Position numbers and translations under genes: made by a program. Shown piece after piece: positions 10,675 to 18,519 of a stretch of 64,000 nt of DNA. Position 1 is the first letter of the stretch. Every line of letters starts with the position of its first letter. The notes beneath the pieces were generated by a model. That model had not been told where the DNA came from, ran no database searches, and was given only the letters and a program-made list of their open reading frames with translations. The DNA comes from Candidatus Heimdallarchaeota archaeon. GTDB lineage: Archaea; Asgardarchaeota; Heimdallarchaeia; Heimdallarchaeales; Heimdallarchaeaceae. The DNA lies in the NCBI GenBank assembly GCA_016840095.1, contig JAEOSZ010000011.1, positions 1-64,000 on the forward strand, read 5' to 3'.

Positions 10675-12735
10675 TTATGCTGCATACTTCTTAAGATTTC
10701 TTTTAGAAACTTTGGTTTTACATATTGGACATTCTGATTTGATTCTCATCCACTGTTCCATATGATCATCATGTGCAACATTATTACAATTTGGACACTC
10801 AGAAACTCTGTCTCCTTTCTTAATCAAACCTTGACAGACTGTACATTTTGTATGCTGTAGTCTACAGTTGCTACAAGGTTCAGTTGAAGAAGTTATTACA
10901 TGACCACAATTTAAACAGTAATTCTTACTTATTGGTAAAACTAATTTTCCCGCTCTTTCGAAATAGGATGCAGTTACAACTCCTTTATAATATCCATGAG
11001 AGATCAATTGGTTCAATAGCTTGAACAGATCTAGTGGATTCATACCAACAGAGTTAGCAATTGTTGTGAGTTTAATTCTCTTTCTTCGTGATTTTTCAAT
11101 TTCATTTACAACTCTTGTATAAATCTCACCAAGCTCACTTAGCTGTTTATTTGGTAAGAATTTCTGACTTGATTCAAGATAAATTGTACTTCCACGGAGA
11201 GAGATGTTCAACAGACCTGACCCAACTAATTCATAAACAATATTCCTAGCAGCAACAAGTGTCTTCTCCCAATATTTCATAATATTTTTAACTGAAACTC
11301 TAGTATTAGAAAGGATATACCCAAATATCTCTTGGTAGTAAATTGGAAGATCATCTAATTGTACTAATGGTGGAAAGATAGGAATTTCTTCAGGTTCAAG
11401 TTTATTTCCAGAAATGTTTCCTTTAATCAAACCTTTTCCATAAAATCCATACATCCTTTCCTTTGCATGATTTCTATCGATACCAAGTGCTTCTTCAATA
11501 TCTTTAGTTGTGATAAATGATTTTGATATTATCATCCCTAAAACAATTTTTTCCCATCTCTCAAGAGTTCCCTCCTGAGTACGGCTATATCGTTTCAAGC
11601 TATCAATATATATTGTTGCACCTCTCAGTGTACAAGTGATAAAACCCTCTAAATAGAGGTTCATAATCCCTTCTAGAACTTCATCAACTTCCCTGTTCAT
11701 CAAAGCTGCTAATCTTTTTAGAGGGATTCTATCTTGGGTTGATAATAAACCAAATAAAGCTTCATAGTTGAAAAATGATAATGAAGCCATTTCTTCAATA
11801 GTTTGATTAGGTGATGTATCTGGAAATACAACTGGTACTAGCTTATTCTTTTCGTTGAAGATAAACTGAAAAGTACCTCTAGCAGTTAGGAAAGCTATTA
11901 GCCTAGTAACCTCTACTTCTTCTTTGTCAATATATTTAGCTAGTTCTTCAATAGTTACTTCTTTTTTCAGAAGTGTAAAACCCACGATGGCTCTTTCATC
12001 ACCTTGTAAAGCTTCTATTGGTAGAGTACGAGGTGCTATCAAATATTTCTTTACATTAATTGTAATCCTACTAGAAATACTGCCTGTAATTTTAAAAGAA
12101 GCCTCCAATTTTCTATATAGCATTAGTTTGGTTATTCTATTAAAAACATCTACTTTACTGAAACCAGTAAGTTTTGCTACCTTATTGATGTCAGCATTTC
12201 TTAGCAGCATACAAGTTCCAATTATGAATGTATCATCAGAACTGATTTTTACCTTCTCTGGAGGTGTCCAAATATTCTGAACAATAATTTGCTGATTTTT
12301 CACAATTGCGATTATCAAACCTCTAATAGTAAGAAATAGAAGATGTGAGTCTAATTCATCTGCAGATATATCTAGAATCTTGCGAAGAAGCTGAAGTCTC
12401 ATTTTTTTATTAGAAGCAAGTATTCCTAACAAACTTTTTCTAATATTACTGAGTCTTCCTGGATTAACACTTGGATATCTGTAGGCAGATGCTAAAACAA
12501 ATCTATCTTTTCGATAATATCCTCTAAGTATAAGTGCTTGAATTAGACTTTGTATATAGTCCTTTATCGCTCCTCTAGGAATACCTGTTTTTTCGGAAAA
12601 AGAACTCAGATTAATTTCTCTATACAAATAGAGCTGTGAAACTATCTGTGACTTTTTTGCTTTTGATAGAGCTACTGTTGGAAGATCAAGTTCATGAAAA
12701 TCTAATTCGATTATATCTTCTCGTTCATAGCTCAG
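10675..12735 (-). CDS. Multi-winged-helix (PCI-like) repeat protein with C-terminal Zn ribbon and RING finger; putative E3 ligase
   Basis: Repeated approx. 70-aa HTH-wing units. C-terminal CLNC..CSNC, then CTVC-x12-CPNC-x4-HDDH...W...CPIC. The frame stays open upstream of the track's TTG (12627) to a CTG at 12735. Confidence 0.8.
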   Translation of the reverse strand: MSYEREDIIELDFHELDLPTVALSKAKKSQIVSQLYLYREINLSSFSEKTGIPRGAIKDYIQSLIQALILRGYYRKDRFVLASAYRYPSVNPGRLSNIRKSLLGILASNKKMRLQLLRKILDISADELDSHLLFLTIRGLIIAIVKNQQIIVQNIWTPPEKVKISSDDTFIIGTCMLLRNADINKVAKLTGFSKVDVFNRITKLMLYRKLEASFKITGSISSRITINVKKYLIAPRTLPIEALQGDERAIVGFTLLKKEVTIEELAKYIDKEEVEVTRLIAFLTARGTFQFIFNEKNKLVPVVFPDTSPNQTIEEMASLSFFNYEALFGLLSTQDRIPLKRLAALMNREVDEVLEGIMNLYLEGFITCTLRGATIYIDSLKRYSRTQEGTLERWEKIVLGMIISKSFITTKDIEEALGIDRNHAKERMYGFYGKGLIKGNISGNKLEPEEIPIFPPLVQLDDLPIYYQEIFGYILSNTRVSVKNIMKYWEKTLVAARNIVYELVGSGLLNISLRGSTIYLESSQKFLPNKQLSELGEIYTRVVNEIEKSRRKRIKLTTIANSVGMNPLDLFKLLNQLISHGYYKGVVTASYFERAGKLVLPISKNYCLNCGHVITSSTEPCSNCRLQHTKCTVCQGLIKKGDRVSECPNCNNVAHDDHMEQWMRIKSECPICKTKVSKRNLKKYAA

Positions 12736-12833
12736 TTGAATCTACCCCAGATAGTTACTTCTAAATAGCATTACATAATTTATTAACGTTACCTTATTGA
12801 AAACAATGAAATGAAAAAAACTAGATTTTGTTC

Positions 12834-14132
12834 TTATACTCTGTCTAGGTATTTTCTAAATTCCCACTCTCTTTCTTCTTCTTCACTGATATTTTTTGCT
12901 TCAATATACTCCTCCCATTCTTTGCGTTTTACAGTAAGAAATATGTCGAAAATATCTTGACCTAAAATCTCTTTTACAAAAGTACTTTTTTCAAAGTGAT
13001 CAAGAGCTTCAGATAAATTACCTGGTAAGGGAGTAATTCCCATGTCAACTCTTTCTTCATCAGTTAATGTTTCTATGTTTTTTGTGGTTGGTTCTATAGG
13101 TATAATTTGATTCTTTATTCCATCTAATCCAGCAGCAAGAAGTAAAGCAGAAGCTAGATAGATATTTGTAGCACCATCTGTAGCTCGAAATTCAATCCTT
13201 GCGCTTTTTTCATAACCAGGAACTCGAATTAAAGCAGTTCTATTAGCCACACCCCAAGACTTGTAAACAGGTGCTTCATGTCCAGGAACCAACCTTTTGT
13301 AAGAATTAGTGATTGGATTGAAAATAGCAGTCATTGCATCAATATGTTTCAAGATTCCTCCAACAAAATATCTTAGGATGTCACTGATACCTTTCTCTTC
13401 ATCAGCAAAGATGTTTTCACCATCTTTGGTTAGGTATTGATGAATATGAATACTACTTCCAGGTTGATCTGGGTAAGGTTTTGGCAAAAATGTTCCTATT
13501 ACATCACTAAAAAGCGAATTGGCTTTTATAATCAGTTTAGCTGTTTGTGTATTGTCAGCTTGTTCTAAAGCTTCAAGAGCTACAAGTTCGATTTCTTGTT
13601 GTCCATTACCAACTTCATGATGAATAGTTTTAACACCAATTCCCATTTCAAGCATATCGCTGGCTATATTACGACGTAGATATCCAAGTTCATCCCCAGG
13701 AAGATTGTCCATATACTGACCATCTTCAAAAGGATCAAGTTCGTAGTCTAAGAAAAACCACTCAAACTCGGGTCGTGTCTTGTATTCGTACCCATAGAGT
13801 TCTTGCGCCTGCTTAATGACTTTCTTGAGAACATGTCTTGGATCAGTAGGATGTGGATTTCCATCATTCCCATTTACATCACAAATAAATCTTGCAATCC
13901 TTGGTTCCCAAGGTAAGATAGAAAGTGTTGAAAAATCTGGAACTATTCTCATATCACTTTGTTCAGTTTTCAAGAATCCCAAAGAAGAGCCATCCACTCC
14001 TGTTCCATCTTTCATGTTATCCCAAATATTTACAGGAAATTCTACAGATTTCAGCTCACCAAGAACTGTTGTGAATTGGAATTGTATGAATTCTATTTCG
14101 TTTTCTTCAAAATATTTTTCCAGGTTTTCCAT
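12834..14132 (-). CDS. glnA: Glutamine synthetase type I
   Basis: DGSS..SDM, PEFEWF, HHEVGNGQQEI, FLPKP, NSYKRLVPGHEAP, NRTALIRVP, RIEFR. Confidence 0.88.
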   Translation of the reverse strand: MENLEKYFEENEIEFIQFQFTTVLGELKSVEFPVNIWDNMKDGTGVDGSSLGFLKTEQSDMRIVPDFSTLSILPWEPRIARFICDVNGNDGNPHPTDPRHVLKKVIKQAQELYGYEYKTRPEFEWFFLDYELDPFEDGQYMDNLPGDELGYLRRNIASDMLEMGIGVKTIHHEVGNGQQEIELVALEALEQADNTQTAKLIIKANSLFSDVIGTFLPKPYPDQPGSSIHIHQYLTKDGENIFADEEKGISDILRYFVGGILKHIDAMTAIFNPITNSYKRLVPGHEAPVYKSWGVANRTALIRVPGYEKSARIEFRATDGATNIYLASALLLAAGLDGIKNQIIPIEPTTKNIETLTDEERVDMGITPLPGNLSEALDHFEKSTFVKEILGQDIFDIFLTVKRKEWEEYIEAKNISEEEEREWEFRKYLDRV

Positions 14133-14278
14133 AATTAATAACCATACTGCTTTAGTAAAGAAGAAGAAACTGAATTAATATATATATTTTTGCGAAAGTA
14201 TTCTCTTAAGCGTGAAATTCTTTATTTTGTTCTTTTTCGACAATTATTTATAATCTGTAGAATCCATCTAATTGAGAA

Positions 14279-14836
14279 ATGAGCAGACCAACAAGATTCT
14301 GGGTTACCTCTGGTACTGGTGAATCAGATTTATCTGAATTAGATGCCATAGATAAAGCATTCATGAATTCAGGATTAGGGTATCAAAATCACATAACTGT
14401 ATCTTCAATCCCACCTGTTATAGAAATAACTCCAGAGATAGATAGAGAGAAAGGAATTACTTTCATTGAGTTTGAAAATAAACGTTCAATGATTCCCTTT
14501 AGCATGAATATACATGTAGTAAAATCCCTTTCTTGTGGATTTACTGGGGATAACCTCTCAACCTGTATAGCCTTAGCAAAGATTTCTGTAAATATAGATG
14601 AAAATGAAATTCCATGTATATTGGCTTTTGAAAGCAAAGGTGATAATCTAGAAACAACTAGATTAAATGCCAGGGAAGGTGTTAAATCAATGATTCGTGA
14701 GAGAAAAGCGAATATTGACTATTCATGGGAATCCGCTGGTTTAAAAGTTATAAGTTCAAATCTAAAAGTCTCAAAGAAATTTGGTTGTTCTGTATCCTTT
14801 GTTGTCTTTGACCCATTTACATATGTAGATAAATAA
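14279..14836 (+). CDS. pdaD: Pyruvoyl-dependent arginine decarboxylase family protein
   Basis: SGTGES..SELDAIDKA...N..VSSIPP, containing the Ser-Ser self-cleavage site. Confidence 0.75.
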   Translation: MSRPTRFWVTSGTGESDLSELDAIDKAFMNSGLGYQNHITVSSIPPVIEITPEIDREKGITFIEFENKRSMIPFSMNIHVVKSLSCGFTGDNLSTCIALAKISVNIDENEIPCILAFESKGDNLETTRLNAREGVKSMIRERKANIDYSWESAGLKVISSNLKVSKKFGCSVSFVVFDPFTYVDK

Positions 14837-14908
14837 AGACACTCTAAATACATAAAGCATAAAAATAGCTTTAAATACATCTACCAAGCAAGGCTGAAGT
14901 GAAGAGTT

Positions 14909-16798
14909 ATGAATAACAAAAAGATATACTCCTTAGTAACTATATTGCTAATTACAATTTCAATGGGATTTGGATCATTTGATTTCGCGACTCAAGCCGC
15001 TAGTACTACAGAACCAATATTCGAAGGTTTTGTAGCTGAAGGTTTTGAGGATTTTGAAGGAATAAATTTCCCTAATAATACTGTGATAACTGTTGAGTAT
15101 TCTGTAGATCGATTAATAGGTATTGATGGTGTTGTGATTGTTGGTTCAGGTTCAAATCTGACTTTAACACCAGCAACTAGCATTGCATTGAATTTTTCGC
15201 ACTCTCTAGTTGATCGTTCTTATTATACAGGATCCTTTGTCTTAACAAGTTTGACAACTTTCAAAGGATATTCTTGGATCGGTGAAATAAACAATGGAAC
15301 CTATGAAGAACTAGAAATATTCAACCATCTAGAACCATGGCATTATCTTTATGTTACAGATGAAGGAACACCTCCTGAGTTTCTGAGCATTACCAATGCA
15401 ACAACAGCAGGAAGTGAGTATATCTTCTATTCTTCAAGTAACCAAACAAACAATACAATCACCGTTAAATATGTTGCTTACGGAGCTAACGAAAACGATA
15501 CTGTAACCTTAGCATTATCTACATACAGAGATACTATAACTGATGCTTCTTTAGGTGTTTTCAACGGAGATGTAGCTTTCCTAGAAATGAACTATGAGGA
15601 AGGGAATGAAACTTATGGTCAAGTAATTTATAATGCGTCATTCGAATTTACAGATAGAACGCTTTTCTTCAGTGCAAACAACTCTTTTGGTTGGGATAGT
15701 TGGGGTGGTACAAATGAAGTAAGGACTCAATTAATTATATATATGATTTCTAATGGATTCTTTTTCGAATCAACCCCTCTTCAACAAGATAAGATAACTG
15801 ATTTGGATAATATAGCATTTAACATTACTACTTACAATTCAACTGATATTGAGGAATTTGGTATAAGCTATTATGTTTCTGAAAGTATTGAAAATGATAC
15901 AGAAATCATTCCACTTACAACAATTTCAGCAACTCTTGATCAAACATATACCCTTGAGAACGTTTTTGGAAATAATGATACAGTAAGACAATACCTCGTT
16001 TCAATTGGTTCTCTATCTTCTGGAAATCTTCTCTATTATGAAGGATATAATCTCTATTATGATGCATTTTACAATGAAACTGGTGGAGCTATGAAATTGA
16101 TTTACATTTATGATTCGATTCCAGAACTAAAATTGTATCCAGTGAATAATACCTATTCAAGAGATGTCAATATAACCTTTTACTATGAAATTGAAGCAGT
16201 TCGAGGAGTACTTTATAGTGCAGAAATGATTTTTGGTGATGGCACACCAATTACTGATGTTTATGATCCTGAAACTAATAAAACTAATCATATCTATCCT
16301 CAAGTAACTGGAGAATATAATGCTACTCTGTTTATCTCAATAAACATTACAAGAGTAAATGATGTTCCAATTCTCGTCAACCAATCAGTTTCAACTATAA
16401 TTTATCTTGACTTTGAAAATCCTTCGTTGAACATTATTAGTCATACTGCTAATGATTCTGCAATAACTGATGGTTATGTTGAGACATATTTTGAATACGA
16501 TGATGCTTATTCTGGAATTGGTAGAGTATGGATTTTCTGGGATGATGGTATAGTCCAAAATGTAACTGATAGGACATTTGCATTTCATAACTATGTAAAA
16601 GATGGAATATATGAAGTGACCATTATGGTCGAAGATAAGGCTGGTAATCAGATTAATTCTACTATTATATTTACAATTGAATTGGTAGTAGAAACACCTA
16701 CAACTTCTGCTTCATATGCAACTTTGGGAATAATTCTATCCTTACTAATTATCGGATCTATACTAAATAGAAGAAATAAAAGAATAAATAGAAAATAG
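14909..16798 (+). CDS. Secreted/surface glycoprotein with C-terminal PKD/Ig-like domains and TM anchor
   Basis: Signal peptide, many N-x-S/T sequons, FGDG/WDDG..HNY..GIYEVTIMVEDKAGN PKD motifs, Thr-rich linker, TM helix and basic tail. Confidence 0.82.
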   Translation: MNNKKIYSLVTILLITISMGFGSFDFATQAASTTEPIFEGFVAEGFEDFEGINFPNNTVITVEYSVDRLIGIDGVVIVGSGSNLTLTPATSIALNFSHSLVDRSYYTGSFVLTSLTTFKGYSWIGEINNGTYEELEIFNHLEPWHYLYVTDEGTPPEFLSITNATTAGSEYIFYSSSNQTNNTITVKYVAYGANENDTVTLALSTYRDTITDASLGVFNGDVAFLEMNYEEGNETYGQVIYNASFEFTDRTLFFSANNSFGWDSWGGTNEVRTQLIIYMISNGFFFESTPLQQDKITDLDNIAFNITTYNSTDIEEFGISYYVSESIENDTEIIPLTTISATLDQTYTLENVFGNNDTVRQYLVSIGSLSSGNLLYYEGYNLYYDAFYNETGGAMKLIYIYDSIPELKLYPVNNTYSRDVNITFYYEIEAVRGVLYSAEMIFGDGTPITDVYDPETNKTNHIYPQVTGEYNATLFISINITRVNDVPILVNQSVSTIIYLDFENPSLNIISHTANDSAITDGYVETYFEYDDAYSGIGRVWIFWDDGIVQNVTDRTFAFHNYVKDGIYEVTIMVEDKAGNQINSTIIFTIELVVETPTTSASYATLGIILSLLIIGSILNRRNKRINRK

Positions 16799-17052
16799 TT
16801 TTCTAATCTTCTTCCTTATTTTTTACATAATTTCTAAGCTAAGAAGAGAAGTTTTTTTCACTAATGTTTAAGATTAGAACCCTCATTCGCCAAAAATAAT
16901 TTTCATATTTTCATTCATAATAAACTTCGTTAAACACTTATAATATTAACTATACGTCTATTCTATATTCGATAAATCTATACAACTAGTTAAATTGCGT
17001 GGTCTTTGAATTCACTTACTAGGGCGCTTCTGTCTTACTTTATTTAGCTAGC

Positions 17053-17060
17053 TTTATATA
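17053..17060 (+). promoter_or_regulatory. Putative TATA box (TTTATATA) for tfb
   Basis: Lies 25-32 bp upstream of the GTG at 17085, consistent with a leaderless archaeal promoter. Confidence 0.5.
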
Positions 17061-17084
17061 TGCTCATGCGCATGTTCAATTAGA

Positions 17085-18047
17085 GTGTCTGGAATGAGTG
17101 AAGAACGCTGCCCAAATTGTAATTCAGTAGAAATTATTGATGACTACACACGTGGTGAATCAATTTGTAGTAACTGTGGGTTAGTGGTTTCTAAGTTAAT
17201 TGATACATCTCCTGAATGGAGAGCATTTACTGGAGAAGAGAAAGCTTCTCGAAGTAGAACTGGCGCACCAATATCAGCTTTGAAATCTGATTATGGTGTT
17301 TCATCTCAAATTAGTTTTGGTAACATGGATATATTTGGAAAGAAATTGGATCCAGCTGTTATGGCAAAAATGAGAAGATTGAGATGGCTCAACAGAAGAG
17401 ATTCTCGATCACAGATTCGTAACTTGAGAATAGCTTTGAGAGATTTGAAAAGAATAGTTAGTCAGCTTGAGTTAAGTGATGAAATAGCTGAAGCAGCAGC
17501 AACAACTTATAGAAAAGCTTTGAAAGCAGATTTAATCCGTGGAAGAAGTATTGAGTCTATGGTTGCTGCAGCAATTTACATAGCAGCTCGTCAATATAAT
17601 AACCCAACCACACTCAAAGATATAGAAAAACATATTCGGGCAGATAAGAAAGTAATAGCTCGATGTTTCAGACTATATGTTCAAGAACTAAACATTAAAC
17701 CAACACCAATAGATCCTGCAGTACTTCTTGCTAAATTATGTAATGAACTTGAATTAACAACAGCTACACAAAATGAAGCTCTTAAGATTCTTGAAGAGAG
17801 TAAATCAAGAAGACTTGATATGGGTAAAAATCCATTGAGTGTTGCTGCAGCTGCAATATACATTGCTGGTATCAGAACTGGTGAAAGAAGAACTCAACAA
17901 CAAGTTGCTAAAGTAGCAAAAACAACTCCAGTTACATTAAGAAATAGATTCCGAGAAATAGTTGATTCTCTAGAACTAGCTAATGTAATAGTAAAGAGAG
18001 GAGCAGCTTCAGCCCCTGTTTATGTAAGAGATCCGTGGAAGTTCTAA
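17085..18047 (+). CDS. tfb: Transcription initiation factor IIB
   Basis: CPNC..CSNCG Zn ribbon, PEWRAF B-reader, two cyclin repeats (RGRSIE..., GKNP.., RTQQQVAKVA...TLRNR). Confidence 0.96.
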   Translation: MSGMSEERCPNCNSVEIIDDYTRGESICSNCGLVVSKLIDTSPEWRAFTGEEKASRSRTGAPISALKSDYGVSSQISFGNMDIFGKKLDPAVMAKMRRLRWLNRRDSRSQIRNLRIALRDLKRIVSQLELSDEIAEAAATTYRKALKADLIRGRSIESMVAAAIYIAARQYNNPTTLKDIEKHIRADKKVIARCFRLYVQELNIKPTPIDPAVLLAKLCNELELTTATQNEALKILEESKSRRLDMGKNPLSVAAAAIYIAGIRTGERRTQQQVAKVAKTTPVTLRNRFREIVDSLELANVIVKRGAASAPVYVRDPWKF

Positions 18048-18140
18048 GACTTTCATACTTTTTTTAGTATTACCCTAATGTTATTGCTGTATTAATCTGC
18101 TTTTATTAAGAGTAAAATTTTCCTTTATTAGGTATATCCT

Positions 18141-18500
18141 ATGGGTATTAAGAGAAAGATTCCTAAAGATTCTAATGATAAACCAGAAGACACTCTAGCA
18201 ATTTCACCACCTCCTGGAGTTAAATTCTATTCTTTAATCGATATTGTAAAAACTGATCGAATCATGGATGAAGTAAAGGAAGGAAATCTCATATTCTTAA
18301 ACATCAACAGAATTTCAGCATTTCCTGAAAGGAAAAGTGAATTCCTGCAATCGCTCAAAGATACATCATCTGAACTTCATGCTACTTTGAAAATGGTATC
18401 AGATGAAACACTCATGATTGCTCCAGCTTCTGTTCCTGTTGAGATAAGATCGCTTTCCCCAACTGGGTTAAGAAATAGTAAGAACAATTCCAAAGAATGA
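18141..18500 (+). CDS. sepF: SepF-family cell division protein (archaeal type)
   Basis: DRIMDEVKEGNLIFLNI ... LKMVSDETLMIAPASVPVE matches the SepF core pattern. Confidence 0.7.
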   Translation: MGIKRKIPKDSNDKPEDTLAISPPPGVKFYSLIDIVKTDRIMDEVKEGNLIFLNINRISAFPERKSEFLQSLKDTSSELHATLKMVSDETLMIAPASVPVEIRSLSPTGLRNSKNNSKE

Positions 18501-18519
18501 AAGGTTTAGAGAGTTTGAT

